Shown: positions 47,971 to 60,455, numbered from the whole stretch's first letter. The stretch: DNA of 61,562 nucleotides, filler included, from Globobulimina sp. (GCA_003354225.1; 18 parts of 18 records of this genome joined end to end with filler, not necessarily neighbours in it), one strand, 5' to 3'. Notes: generated by a model from the sequence alone, not told the origin. Program-made: numbers and translations.

Positions 47971-48474
47971 GACGGAGGTTGGTACAGATGTTGGTACAGC
48001 AATTGGTGCAGCAGTTGGTGCAGCAGCAGTTGATGCAGTAGCAGTTGATGCAACAGCAGTTGGTACATCAGTTGGTACATCAGTTGGTACAGACGTCAGC
48101 ATCACTGGTTCCATTGTTGGAGAAGTAGATGGTACATCTGTGGGAGCAGCGGTTGGTGAAACAGTTGGTGCAGAAGTTGGATAGCAACCCAATTGTTCAC
48201 AAATTGGTGTATAACTTCCGCATGGTACTGGGCAACCCCATGAATATTGCGTGCTTGAGTAAGAATCACATGTTGACTGAGTTGCCGTCGCAATTAATTT
48301 ATCACAAGTAAAACTGGCCGCATTGTCAGAGTATTCTTGAATTTTTAGAGTATCCGTGCCTGGATTTCCACATGTAACAGGCATCCAATAATTATAATAA
48401 AAAATACATTGGTAAGGCCAATATGCCGCTTTCGTCGTCGAACTCAATAGTAACAGTAACACTGTTGACCACAT
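47971..48474 (-). CDS. Secreted Cys-rich protein with mucin-like PT repeats, 3'-truncated
   Basis: Signal peptide MWSTVLLLLLSSTTKA, several Cys, then (PTxx)n. Confidence 0.75.
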
Positions 48475-48629
48475 GATCAAAGTGTTTGAAATGAGTGTAA
48501 TTGATTAATTGGCTGCAATCGAGCGACTGTCATGTAAAACAAACAAATAAAGTTTTGCAACAGAAAACGTATTTAACGTTTTCAAGTGATATTTTCATTA
48601 AATCTTTGCAGTATTCTTTTTTTATCATC

Positions 48630-49826
48630 ATGTCTTCGACTGCTAACTGGACATGCAGTTCATGCACATTTTCTAACCAAAATGCCAGTTTAAAATGTGA
48701 AATGTGTGATAATCCACATAAACCGTCCCAACAACAAGCAATACCAAACAATAATAGTAATCAATATGACAAGGTAAAGTTCCACATCTAACAAACACAC
48801 TAATTTTCCCATTACATCCAACAACTATAGCAATCGGCAGTGGATGATCCTGCTCAATATAATTGGACATGCACGCAATGCACCGGAAATAATAACCATA
48901 CCCATTCATTTTGTGTTGTTTGTGGATTTAAAAAAGAAGATGTCAAAGAACCACCAGCACAAATTATGGACCCAGATGATGATAACATTGGTGATAACGT
49001 ATTGTATAAAGTACGCGATGTTGCCACAGAATTAGCTCAAGACTTTATTAATAGCAGTGTTTTAAAGGTTCGTTTTTTAGTTACACCATTATTGCCGATA
49101 TTGGATTTGATCACAGATATTTTAACCATGGTGCAATATTTTAAAATCTACATTGAGGATAATAACCATTATTTTTTAACCTTTGGTAGCATATTAGTTG
49201 CAATTCAGTATTTATCCTCAAGGCATATGTTTTGGATTCAATATATAGCGCATGTTACAATGGATGTAGATATGCAAAGAAGTAAAGCACAGCATATTGG
49301 AATTGTCAGTGAAATTATGGTGTATATTCCGTTAATTGGTCCTGTATTAATGGCTCATTGTGGCGGCTGGTTTTTTGGATTTTATACATGCTTTGTATTG
49401 GTTATTGATATTTTAGTGCCATTAATTGTACCATTTTTTATAATTTATGAAGTTGGTTTATCGTTATATCAATGGGCTGCATGGATTACTCATTTATTTT
49501 GTTGTAGAGAATTGCCAGAAGAATGGGGTGGCCATAGGAATCAAAATGGTACATTTGATGTTAAAACAAGATTTGGAATGATAGAATATTGGTGTAATTG
49601 GGAAGCAGTCACTGAATCATTACCACAGCTTATTGTGCAATGTATTGTTTATTTTGATGCACGTAATTCAAATTCAAATAAATATCCATTCACGCTGTGG
49701 TTACTATCAATGATAATTAGTTCAACGAATATTATATTGGCTTTTGTCAAATTATGCTTTGCAACAAATGATCAATTCTTGGATAATGATGGAGAAAAAA
49801 AACATCCTGCGATGCCATTGTTTTAA
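48630..49826 (+). CDS. 2x RanBP2/NZF zinc finger + XK-related membrane domain; intron 48774-48830
   Basis: WTCSSCTFSN...CEMC and WTCTQCTGNN...CVVC; XK-like 'LDLITDILTMVQY' and 'EAVTESLPQLIVQ'. Confidence 0.72.
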
Positions 49827-50157
49827 TGATTTAACAACAACACATACACAACATCTATACACAACTTATAACAAATATATTTTTTGTAATATTTTTTCTG
49901 TTATTTTTTTTGCAAGTTTTAATTTGTTCCTTTGTCTCAGAGTTATATCTGTTTTTTCATATTAATTGTATACACACTCTGTTTTTATTTTCAATTTTTA
50001 ACTTGTCTAATAGAACACTCTAAAAATAATTTGTGCAATGTACTTTAGAATAGGACGTGTTAGAAACAGCGTGAATATATATACTGGTAATATATATACT
50101 GGCTAATAAAAGTACATATTCAGTTTGCACGAAAATCAATTAAAAAATAAATAAATT

Positions 50158-51293
50158 TTACAGAAGTGTCTTTTCATCATTTGTGTACAAAAAATTATGA
50201 TGAAAATGGTTCCATAAATCTTTTGTGTGAGAACAGCTGCTAAATGGAAGACCAGTTAACATGCCATGCGAGTTTTTTTTTACTAAAGAATTTTGATTCC
50301 AACAAACAGCAAACTTTTTCCATTTAATATCATTTCTCAATTTTACAAATTTATTCTCTTCATCATGATGACATTCATTATCTTCTGAAATATTGATGCC
50401 CCTAAATTCCTCAATATGATGTTTTTTATTCAACGCAATCATTTTATTCCAAACACGCTGCGCATCATTTATTTGTTTATCACCATATAATAACAACGAA
50501 GACGAAACACCGACAAGCAAATCATTCTTAACGTTTCCATAACATATTGTATTTTGGAACAACTTTAATGAGTTCAAATATTTATCACCTGATGCCATTT
50601 GAATTAATAATTTATGTTTATCCATAAGCATCAATTCTTGAATGGTTGATGGCAACAAACAACATTTATTCGCATATGTGGCTAATTTGCAATACCTTGA
50701 TGTGGCCATCCAATCCATAATACCGTGATGCGGCGTTCCAAACGTAACAAAATTCATTAATTCATATTGTTTGTCATTTATTGCCAATGTTGATTGCTTA
50801 TTATTAGTATGAATAGTATCGGTATCAAATAATAATGATAATGAATGTCGACAATACAGTCCGCCCAAACTACAGCCAATCAATGATAATTTGTTAATAG
50901 ATGGATATTTTATTAACATTGATTTTATTTCATTTGCTAATCTGTCGCCGCCTGAATTGATTCCATCATTTGTTTTGTAGAGAGTGTAAAAAAAGAATCC
51001 ATTGTGATTATTTTTGGCTAAATGTACAATAATATTGGATTCTTCGTCATCATCATCAAACTTGTTTGCTTGACAATAATGTTTAAAAGAATTTTGAAGA
51101 TCTTTCCCGAGAAAATAATGACCAGTATGTCCAGTTGAAATAATTATTAAATGTTTCGGATTTGGGCCAGAAATATACGGACTACAATACAGACGAAATA
51201 ATAAATGAATTAATGAATTTACCAAAAAATAAACCAAAATTCCAATCAAGTAACTCCATAAACCAAAATTATAGCAACTGAAATAAATGAACA
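50158..51293 (-). CDS. DUF676 alpha/beta-hydrolase (putative lipase), 5'-truncated
   Basis: 'TNDGI..GGDRLA', 'SLIGCSLGGLYCR', 'NFVTFGTPHHG', 'YGNVKNDLLV'. Confidence 0.85.
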
Positions 51294-51444
51294 NNNNNNN
51301 NNNNNNNNNNNNNNNNNNNNNNNNNNNNNNNNNNNNNTTAATTAATTAANNNNNNNNNNNNNNNNNNNNNNNNNNNNNNNNNNNNNNNNNNNNAAAATAT
51401 TTTTTTAAGCTGGGTTTCATCTATTGTTATTTCACCAACAATCA

Positions 51445-54276
51445 ATGCTACCACTATCGAAACTTGACGACATAGACTCGTATTCATTGCATATTGTCCA
51501 TGGCTATATTCATGAGATTGAGAAACAAAACATCTCCGATTATCCAATACCACGAAATATAGTTGATATTTGTTTATTATTCTATTATAGATATTATTTG
51601 CAAATAAACGATGTAAATCCAACCCCATTCACATTATTATTTGCCATATATAATGCCAAAAAATTATTACATTCACAGTTTACAGAGATAGATTTGAAAA
51701 AGTTGGATTTTTCTCAACAAATTAATTGTTTAAATTTTGAAATTAAAATAGATTATCTTATTACGATAAATAATAAAGTACTTTCTAAGCAGATACAAGA
51801 CATACAATCACATTATAACACTAAAACTAAATTGTTATTAAAAGAGAATGATATTACACAATGGACAATGTATGATCTTATTTTATCGTTTTTTCACTTC
51901 CTGGCAAACAATAAAATGCATCAGCCACAAACTTGGAAATTTGCCATGTATTTTCGAAAATATTGCCACGACTTAAATTATCATGGAACTGAATTTTTAA
52001 TGGATTATAAGCTTGGGTTGGATATCAATTATGAAATACATGTAATTAAAGGATACGGATTAAGAATAATGAAAAAAATATGTACAAAATATCTACTTAA
52101 ATCTGGACCGTTTTCAAAAGCCAAAAAAAAATTAAATGCTTGGGCTCAAATCATTTTTAAGCAACATACAAAAGGAGCCATATCCGCTAAAACAAATATC
52201 GTAAAACAGCAATATCAGCTAAAACATGTATGTTTATGCAGTATCATGCATAATTTTGCACATATAACCTTCATATTTTTTTAATTTTGATAGAAAAACG
52301 TTGTTCCTCTTAATATTAATTACCAAGTTAGCGCTGTCAACCAATGGCCGGAAATTAAAAGGCAGAAAATGAAAATTGGAAAGGATTGTTCACTGATAAA
52401 AAATGAAAAGGATGAGCTTGTTGTGTATGGATTTATTAATGCAAATACAAGAGATTATGGCTTTTCAGTGATGGATCAAAGTGTATATTATAAATGTTTG
52501 CAATTTTATCAACAATGCTTTACAAAATTAAACGGACGGATAGCTACTCCATTTACCATATTATTTGCTGTTTTTAATCTGGGATTGCCATTGAAATGTA
52601 CAGGTTGGGACGCATGTGTTTCTTCAAAACAGTGCGAGTATTTGGTTAGAAATGAAAATACAGCACGCGCAATAATGGAAAATGAGTATGATTTTGACGA
52701 CATTGATAGCAATGTGACAGCACAAATTTTTGTTTCTATTAAGAATATGTTGGTTATGTATCACAACGAAGTGGGAGTTACAACACATAAACATATTCGT
52801 GAATGGAGTTATTATAATATTATAGTATCATTTATTTGGTATTATGTATCCTGTGCAGTGCAAGCAAATGAGTCTGAGAAGGAAAATGGGTGGGAGTTCA
52901 TTGACTGTTTTCGAAGGTATTTATATGACACAGAATATGATGGAGATATGTTATGGGAATGTTTCATGGATTTTAAATGTAAAAATGGAACACCATTAAT
53001 CAAAGCTGTGTGTTGGGAGCAGGAGATTCCATGTTCAAAGTATGAAGAAATGGCCAGTTGTTTGGATAAATGGAGTAAACAAATCTATATTGAGTTTTAT
53101 GGGCGAATGAATAATGAATGTGAGCCCTTTGCAGAAGGAACACGTATAATGAGTACTGGACAGCAATTTATTTATAAAAGTGACGAAAATCGAGTGGCAG
53201 TAAATAGTTTATTAATTTATGGATATACTCGTTTAACGGAAGAAGAGTATTTATCAAAAACGCATAATTTTATACCCATGGATATCAAGCAAATAATTGA
53301 ACAATTTTATGGGAAAACGTATAATGTTTTTGGTGATCCGCCGTCTGAGAATTCATTCGATTATGCTGTTGAGTTTTTGTTGCCAATGGCTAAAATTGGT
53401 ATAAATTTAAATAAAACAGAGACAAAAATAACAAATTGTTCGTCTGAATTTGCACAGAAAAATATTATACCAAATTCGGAGATAATCCAAATCAATAATA
53501 CGTATGTTAAAAATCAAAATTTGACCGTCGAACAGAATGATACATTATGGGTTAATTTGAAACAGAAAGGAAACTCATTTGTTGTATTAAGGTATGTATT
53601 AATTGTTTAATATTAATTTGATTCAAAAATTTATACTTTCAGAGCGGAAAAAGAATTAAATAAAACTGGAACTCATTTAATGTTTGATATAAGAATGAAT
53701 AACGAAGGAAAAGCAGAAGAAAGTGAAAGATTTCCGTTTGAAAAATTTGATATAAACTCAACATTGGCATTGTTTGAAGACATTTGGGGAAATAATAAAA
53801 TTGAAATATTTGATATTTTATCGAATAAATCGTGTTTAAGTGGAGGTAGTGGTATTTCATTGCTATTGTTTGTGGATGAAACAAATGTGGATTTGAGTAA
53901 ATATAAAGAATTAAAATTGAATAATAAGTTAAGGACATGCGTAGGCCGTAGATTTTGTATTACATTAAGTTATAAAATGAATGGATTAAAAGGATATGGA
54001 ATCAATACATCGTGGTCCAGCATACAACACGAATATTGGAATATAAATACAAAGTCATTGAGTAGTTTAATTTATTTGGTGAAGGGTGTTGACGATAGTC
54101 GCAATGCGTGGTATTATATATTAGTTGAAATGGATAAATTGAAACCATTTTTAATTGCATTAAAAGATGATATAATACATTTAGAACAATATGGGAAAAT
54201 ATTATATTCTGCATATGGTGTTGACGCACCACAGCAAATTACTGACACATTGAAAACAGTCTGGAAAATTGATTAA
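51445..54276 (+). CDS. Multidomain protein: three IPxDI-type motifs, duplicated helical domain, PDZ-like, bacterial-type C-terminal domain (3 exons)
   Basis: Introns 52228-52293 and 53592-53642 join three ORFs in frame. 'TPFTLLFAIYN' / 'TPFTILFAVFN' shows the internal duplication. Start uncertain. Confidence 0.65.
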
Positions 54277-54383
54277 ATAATGTTTGGTCTGTTAGCATTG
54301 CATTATATATATAATTAAATTATATTAAAAATGTTTTCTTAAGTTTTTTTTTTAAGGAGTCTTTAAATATATAAAGTGATATA

Positions 54384-54716
54384 ATGGTATCAGACACAGA
54401 TACAAACAAAGCAATGTCAATATTAGCAGTATTAATCTGTCTTAAATATTTTGTCACAGTATCGATACAGTCACAGTTCAACAAAAGACCTCCAGAAGAT
54501 TTCTGGGCTAAAGCCTCAGATGACAGTCAACCATTAGTGCCTACTGATGATGCAATATCTGCGCCTACTGATGAAACTCATGAAAGTCAACCATTTTCTG
54601 CGCGGGAGAGATGGTTTCGAATTGTTCAAAATGAGATGGAAAACGTTCCCGTAACATTAGCATTGTTAATATATTCTGCATTTACACCAAATACCAGCAA
54701 TGACGTAAATATTGCA
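54384..54716 (+). CDS. MAPEG family (microsomal GST/PTGES-like), 3'-truncated
   Basis: TM1 ending 'LKY', 'RPPED', 'ERWFRIVQNEMENVP'. Confidence 0.75.
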
Positions 54717-54816
54717 NNNNNNNNNNNNNNNNNNNNNNNNNNNNNNNNNNNNNNNNNNNNTTAATTAATTAANNNNNNNNNNNNNNNNNNNNNNNNNNNN
54801 NNNNNNNNNNNNNNNN

Positions 54817-55929
54817 ACTTCCTCCATTCCGAATTTGGTAGCTTTCCATCAGTTATTTTTGGAACAATTGACGGAGGCATATAAGAATTCTTATGATGAG
54901 AATAATACGCCGATACTGAATAATAACACTCCCATTGCCGAGGATGACAAATACCAATCCATTGCACAAGTGTTTAATGCGCAGAATAAGGAGGAATTTA
55001 TATCCATTTATCTGACATTCATAACGCAGTACAAAACCATTTTAGATTTATTCGGCACTTTTCATGACAATATTAAATTGCAATCGTTTCTGCGCGAAAA
55101 GAGGGAAAATATGAAGCCGCTATCGAATTTTCTGATATTGCCCGTACAGAGAATGCCGAGGTATCTTTTGTTGTTGGCGAGGCTGAAAAAAAATAGTTTT
55201 AAATGGTCGGCGGATTATAATGATATTGAATGTGCGTTGCATTTGGTGGAGGAAATATGTGCGGAAATCAATGAGCGGAAACGGAAAATTGAAAATTTGT
55301 CGCAATGTTTGCAGATTCAACAATGTTTGACCAATTTGAAAGAGACCATTGTTGATCAGAAACGGAGCTTTCTTAAACAATTTGTGTTTATAAAGAAGGA
55401 AAATAAGCGGCAGAGAATCTTTTTTGTGTTTGATGATATGATAATTATCGGTAATAAGAGTTGGAGCGTAAAAGAGATCATTAACAATATGCGGACTGTG
55501 GATATTAAACATGATGAAAATGATAAAAAGTTTGCGTTAATTCATGGAAATAATCAGTGTGTATACAGTGCGATTTCGCAAATGGAAATCAATGAATTTA
55601 AACATATTATAAAACAGAATAGATTGCAATTAATGGATTTGGATATTTTAGAAATTACGGGGAAGAAAAATGTGGAAGAGATACGGTCGAAAATAAGGGA
55701 GCAAAGAGATTCAAATTCAAATGATTTTAAAATACAGCAAACGAAACATTTACAATTAATATATTTGATAAAAAATGCATATTTCGATTATAAGGATGCA
55801 AAAGGGAAAATTCCGTCAAATGTTCAATTATTTTTGAGATTTTGTAAGAATAAAAAGAATATTGGACAAGCAAACTGTTGTATTTGCGAACAAGTTATTA
55901 AAGAAATGCAAACAAATGATCATGAATGA
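54817..55929 (+). CDS. RhoGEF (DH-PH), 5'-truncated
   Basis: 'LSNFLILPVQRMPRYLLLL..L.K', 'INERKR', PH-like 'RIFFVFDDMIII'. Confidence 0.9.
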   Translation, partial: TSSIPNLVAFHQLFLEQLTEAYKNSYDENNTPILNNNTPIAEDDKYQSIAQVFNAQNKEEFISIYLTFITQYKTILDLFGTFHDNIKLQSFLREKRENMKPLSNFLILPVQRMPRYLLLLARLKKNSFKWSADYNDIECALHLVEEICAEINERKRKIENLSQCLQIQQCLTNLKETIVDQKRSFLKQFVFIKKENKRQRIFFVFDDMIIIGNKSWSVKEIINNMRTVDIKHDENDKKFALIHGNNQCVYSAISQMEINEFKHIIKQNRLQLMDLDILEITGKKNVEEIRSKIREQRDSNSNDFKIQQTKHLQLIYLIKNAYFDYKDAKGKIPSNVQLFLRFCKNKKNIGQANCCICEQVIKEMQTNDHE

Positions 55930-56347
55930 ATTTTAATATTATAGTTATAGTGCAATATATTATAGTTATAGTTATAGATATAACTTATGCATACCATTGT
56001 TCTCATAGCTTCTCATTTTAATTAATTACTAAACTGGCTATCCAATGTAAATTTGCTCAGTCGAATTATGATAAAAATATACTAATTATATAATTAGAAG
56101 CTGAGATTGGCGGAGGTGCATAACTATGAAGCTTTAGTGCGAAACCAAAAAAAGCGCTTTTATAACGAAAGATTTTGATATCACATTGGAAAAAGTCCTC
56201 ACTGGCTGTCACACACCATAGTAATATATGTGTATATGTGTACACATATATTACTGACAGCCAGAAAGGACATACACACAAAAGCCTAAAAAATGCAAAC
56301 ATAAAAGAGAGGAATTTATTATAATTAGAATATTATTATATATAATA

Positions 56348-57301
56348 TTATGGTGTATCATTATTTTCCTTATTCTTACTTGTTTTTGGCACAGATTCAG
56401 ATAATTGTTGAGGACGTATATCACAGCAACAAGTACACGAAAGACATGCTAGACATGTATTAGAAATTCGCCTTTTACGACATATTAACGTATATAATTT
56501 ATTATGAACATTAAACATTAACATAATACACCAACAATTAACCATTGCATCCAATGCTGTCCAAAACGAACCTAATTCAAATATCGCAACTATTAAAAGA
56601 ACGGCACACGTCGTAAACGTTGCAATCATCGCTAACAATGATAATTTGCCCATGATGTCAGATAATTCATTGTTTTTCATCATAACATCAGCAATCTTTG
56701 CATTTTCATTTGAAGCCATCATTAATAGCAATAAACGCCGACAAAATACGATTGTGATGGTTATACTAAATATAATATCACCGAAAGCAATAACAGCTAT
56801 AACCCACATTGGTACACTCATAGTACAATGATTACGTTCTGGAATATAATAACCGGCACTGAATAACAACAAAAATGCTGATACCATTAACAAATAAGAT
56901 ACCAATACAACTCTTGATACATAAATGAAATGTTTCTTAAATTGATAAACTTTGCTTGATAAGTTTGTATTAAAAATCATAAATAATCGTTCTAAGAATA
57001 AAGCGTATAACGACGTTTTTGCTGCAACATATACTATGGATGCAAAGTCAGTAAAATATTTACATGACATGAATTGAGGCCGAAGGTCAAATGTAATTTG
57101 AACACATGTAATACCCTGAAATATGTATAATAATATTGGTAACAATGATAACCGTTCAAGAAAACCTTTGTTTTTGTTTAGTTTTCTGAGACTTAATATA
57201 TGGTAAAAAAATAAAATCAAATTGTGGAAAACAACAACAATTTCCACAACATCTGCCATAATTTGTGCCCATTCGAATAATACTAACGAATATACGGCCA
57301 T
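56348..57301 (-). CDS. 7TM GPCR-like protein with Cys-rich tail
   Basis: Seven hydrophobic segments, 'LFLERL', 'LDAMVNCWCIMLMF', tail 'CLACLSCTCCC'; same pattern as 20710-22569. Confidence 0.7.
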   Translation of the reverse strand: MAVYSLVLFEWAQIMADVVEIVVVFHNLILFFYHILSLRKLNKNKGFLERLSLLPILLYIFQGITCVQITFDLRPQFMSCKYFTDFASIVYVAAKTSLYALFLERLFMIFNTNLSSKVYQFKKHFIYVSRVVLVSYLLMVSAFLLLFSAGYYIPERNHCTMSVPMWVIAVIAFGDIIFSITITIVFCRRLLLLMMASNENAKIADVMMKNNELSDIMGKLSLLAMIATFTTCAVLLIVAIFELGSFWTALDAMVNCWCIMLMFNVHNKLYTLICRKRRISNTCLACLSCTCCCDIRPQQLSESVPKTSKNKENNDTP

Positions 57302-57475
57302 TTTTTACAGTTTGTATTAAATTTTTACAGGGTGAATATGGTGTACATCAAAACGGTCTGATCGTTCGTGAGTTTTTTGCTTACATTTTTGAGTTTAAAC
57401 AATACAGTCGTCAACCGGTCAACGTTGAGCAATACGCAACTACAACAATTCAACTCAACAAATGCACCACGCACT

Positions 57476-58139
57476 ATGAGTTACATGACCAACAATTGCG
57501 ACAATGATTGCAACCAACCTCAAAGTCCAACTATTAAAAACAAAGCCATAGCCATAGCCACTCCATCACAAATACTAGATCTCAATCTCCCTAAATCCAC
57601 ACCCAAACGAAACGAACGTAGATTGCGTGCGCGTATTACCCATAACCAACAATCCTCCTCCAAATCCTATACAGAACATCGTCGCAAAACTCGTCATCAC
57701 AACCGCAAGTTCAAAAACATGACCCAGAAAATAAAACAAATGTCGCGCAACGACAGTTGTCCTGCACTCCAACCATTATCCATTCAGGAAAAGCAATTAA
57801 TAGCACACACAGTCAGTTCAGTACCAAAGCAGAATATTTCCACGAAATTTCTCTACCATTAATCTCTTCACTTTCTACCAGAACAAAGCGACAATAACTT
57901 ATCCTCTGCAACCAACCTTGGCAGAGAAGTGGACGATGGACCCATAGAGTTCAAATGGAAGCTAATCGCGCCCGGTCCAGACCGCTTGCAACATCCCATC
58001 CCGCAAATGCCATATCGCCTCGGTGAAGGCAGTGGGAAATGTAACTAACCCATTGCCACCGAGGACCGTGGAAATACCACAAGCTTATCCGAAAATGAAT
58101 AGAACGACACCATAAAAGGTGTGTTCCTAATGACAAACC
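57476..58139 (+). pseudogene. GTPBP1/GTPBP2-like translational GTPase N-terminus, degraded near the contig end
   Basis: Manual translation from ~57913: 'LGREVDDGPIEFKWKLIAPGPDRLQHPIPQMPYRLGEGSGKCN*PIATEDRG' matches the GTPBP2 'PE.E.GN.EYK.KL...QM..RL.EG.G...Y.IG.ED.G' pattern. Two in-frame stops. Confidence 0.6.
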
Positions 58140-58239
58140 NNNNNNNNNNNNNNNNNNNNNNNNNNNNNNNNNNNNNNNNNNNNTTAATTAATTAANNNNN
58201 NNNNNNNNNNNNNNNNNNNNNNNNNNNNNNNNNNNNNNN

Positions 58240-58956
58240 CGGAGATTACTGGACTTCCGAAGACATTTTTGATGCAAACACAAGTGATGCGTTTGTGCAT
58301 ATCTGCAAAACGTTGCTTTGATGAATATTTGTGAATTGGTATTAGGAATTTATGACTTTAATTTAATAAATAATATCTCAAAATGGATTGATATTTGCAA
58401 TAAAATAAAATTTACGCGATTTGTGGTTGATTGTATCAATGTTTATCCATTCGGAATGGCAGGGAAAACATCAACAGAATGGATACAGCCATTACATAAT
58501 ATTGTTTCTGTCAGTCAACGTTCATCTTTTTGTTGGTTTCCAACGTATGTTTATATTACACAATATGTGGAAGATTATGTTGAATGGATTCGATTTATTG
58601 GTATCAATTATGATGATCATAAATGGATTATTCATGATTGGCCTCTTCAAATGTTGTCAGCAACATCGAGTGACGCGTTGTTTGATGATATCACTTTGGC
58701 ATTGCCTCTCGGACTTGAATATTCAACACCGTGTCGATTATTTGAATTAGCAATCAAACATTGGTTGAAATTAAAGCAATCGGCAAAAGTTAAAGGCTCT
58801 GTTAAATATGAATACTTTTGTAAATACAAGAAGCATGTGAGTGATGTGATAATGATGGATAGGGATTTACGACATTTGTCTTGTGACAATGATGGAGAGG
58901 TTACAACTGAATACGATGTAAATAGTAAGAGATTAAAAATTCAATTTATTCTGTAA
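58240..58956 (+). CDS. Hypothetical protein C-terminus, 5'-truncated
   Basis: Long ORF ending at TAA 58956; no motif recognised. Confidence 0.5.
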
Positions 58957-59096
58957 ATGACACGAGTAAATAATCTAAAATCTGAGAAACTATACTATAT
59001 AAATATTATAAATTTAATAATTAACAATCCCTGAACACTGTGGAAAAAATGTCAGACGATTGTGGATAATATATACGTACATAATTAAAATATTAA

Positions 59097-60455
59097 TCAT
59101 TTTATTTTCGCATCAAAAATAATTTTTGCACCATGATCATTGTTTTTCTTTTTTTGAACCACAGCAATTGTAACATCTTTTTTTTTCTCTTTTCCGTCTT
59201 GAATAACGTTCTCAATTTTTTTTAACAATTTATCATTCAATACATCCAAATCAAATACAATATCATTGAAATTTTCGTCCAAACAAATCATTTTCTGATT
59301 GTCATTATCAATGCTTTTAAATAGATAATCTTTTGTTTGTATAACCAATGACTCCGACTCAGTTTCTTTTTCTTCGCAATCAATATCTCTGTCCATCCAA
59401 CCAATGTCCACTCCCAAATTTTTCAAGTTTGGATAAGGCGGAATAGCTAAGACGCCACGCTCACACAATTTATCTTCAATCGATATCAGATACGATGCAA
59501 TTTTATATACTCGACTTTGTGCGGCTATTTCGAGCTTTTTTGTCACTGTTTTTGGTATCGAACCTTTTAAATCCATCTGAACGTAATATGTTATTTTCGA
59601 AGTCTGCAGATTTTTGCCATAACGAGGTCGAATATGCCATAAACTTAATTTTATTTCGCCTCGAATTGGCTTGCTTTGAATTGGATATTTTTCGTGATTT
59701 ATACTGCGAGCACCAAATAACACGGAGCCATCACGAAAGGCATAAATAAATGTCACCAAACATAGCTCGCGATCGCTCACTAAAAACGGTGTTTTTATCC
59801 GCGAATAGATAGCAAATGAAAACAAGGAGAGAGGTTCAATTAATTCCATGTTCGACTCTCTGTCTTTATCAATTTTATGCTTTTCTGGGTTTAATAAAAT
59901 GCCCAAAATAATTGGCGTCGAAAAAGACACAGCGGCTTCACCTTTGATTGCAGTCAAACCATTTGGTGACTCATGCGAATATATTTTGATTTTGTTTTCT
60001 TTTTTTATAAATTTCCATTCTTTTTTGTTTCCGTATTTTCTCCATTTATTAAATAGTGATAATCCTTCTTTTATATCTGCAGAATATTTATGATCATCGT
60101 CGGGAATATAAAAATTATTTAACAGCTGTTCATGTTGTTCAGTTGTGGCATTCCGTAATGACAAGGGATTAAACGCCCATTTACTGTCTGTTTTCGGTAT
60201 TAAATCTAAATAATATTTACTTTCAAAAAATGTTAAACAGTTTTTATTTAAATCTAACGACATTGATACAGCTTTTTCGATGCTTTCTTTCGATAAATTG
60301 GGGAATAATGGATGTGCTTTGTGATTATAAAACCTTCGCACTCTTTCTTCCACTATTTCTGCATCTTCTTTTTTTCTTTTCTTTCTTTTTGACTTTTCTT
60401 CTTCTTTCACCTCATCTTTCTCTTTCACCTCTTCCTTTTCTTTTTCTTTATTCAT
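59097..60455 (-). CDS. START (StAR-related lipid-transfer) domain protein
   Basis: 'WKFIKKENKIKIY', 'YSRIKTPFLVSDRELC', 'ITYYVQMDLKGSIP'. Confidence 0.88.
   Translation of the reverse strand: MNKEKEKEEVKEKDEVKEEEKSKRKKRKKEDAEIVEERVRRFYNHKAHPLFPNLSKESIEKAVSMSLDLNKNCLTFFESKYYLDLIPKTDSKWAFNPLSLRNATTEQHEQLLNNFYIPDDDHKYSADIKEGLSLFNKWRKYGNKKEWKFIKKENKIKIYSHESPNGLTAIKGEAAVSFSTPIILGILLNPEKHKIDKDRESNMELIEPLSLFSFAIYSRIKTPFLVSDRELCLVTFIYAFRDGSVLFGARSINHEKYPIQSKPIRGEIKLSLWHIRPRYGKNLQTSKITYYVQMDLKGSIPKTVTKKLEIAAQSRVYKIASYLISIEDKLCERGVLAIPPYPNLKNLGVDIGWMDRDIDCEEKETESESLVIQTKDYLFKSIDNDNQKMICLDENFNDIVFDLDVLNDKLLKKIENVIQDGKEKKKDVTIAVVQKKKNNDHGAKIIFDAKIK

Noticed and set aside
3329-58239. Regularly spaced TTAATTAATTAA every ~3.4 kb as a biological repeat or CRISPR-like array
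   Set aside because: It is always embedded in exactly 44+44 N, and segment lengths fall monotonically: an assembly concatenation linker. ORF tails reading 'XXXLIN' are artefacts.
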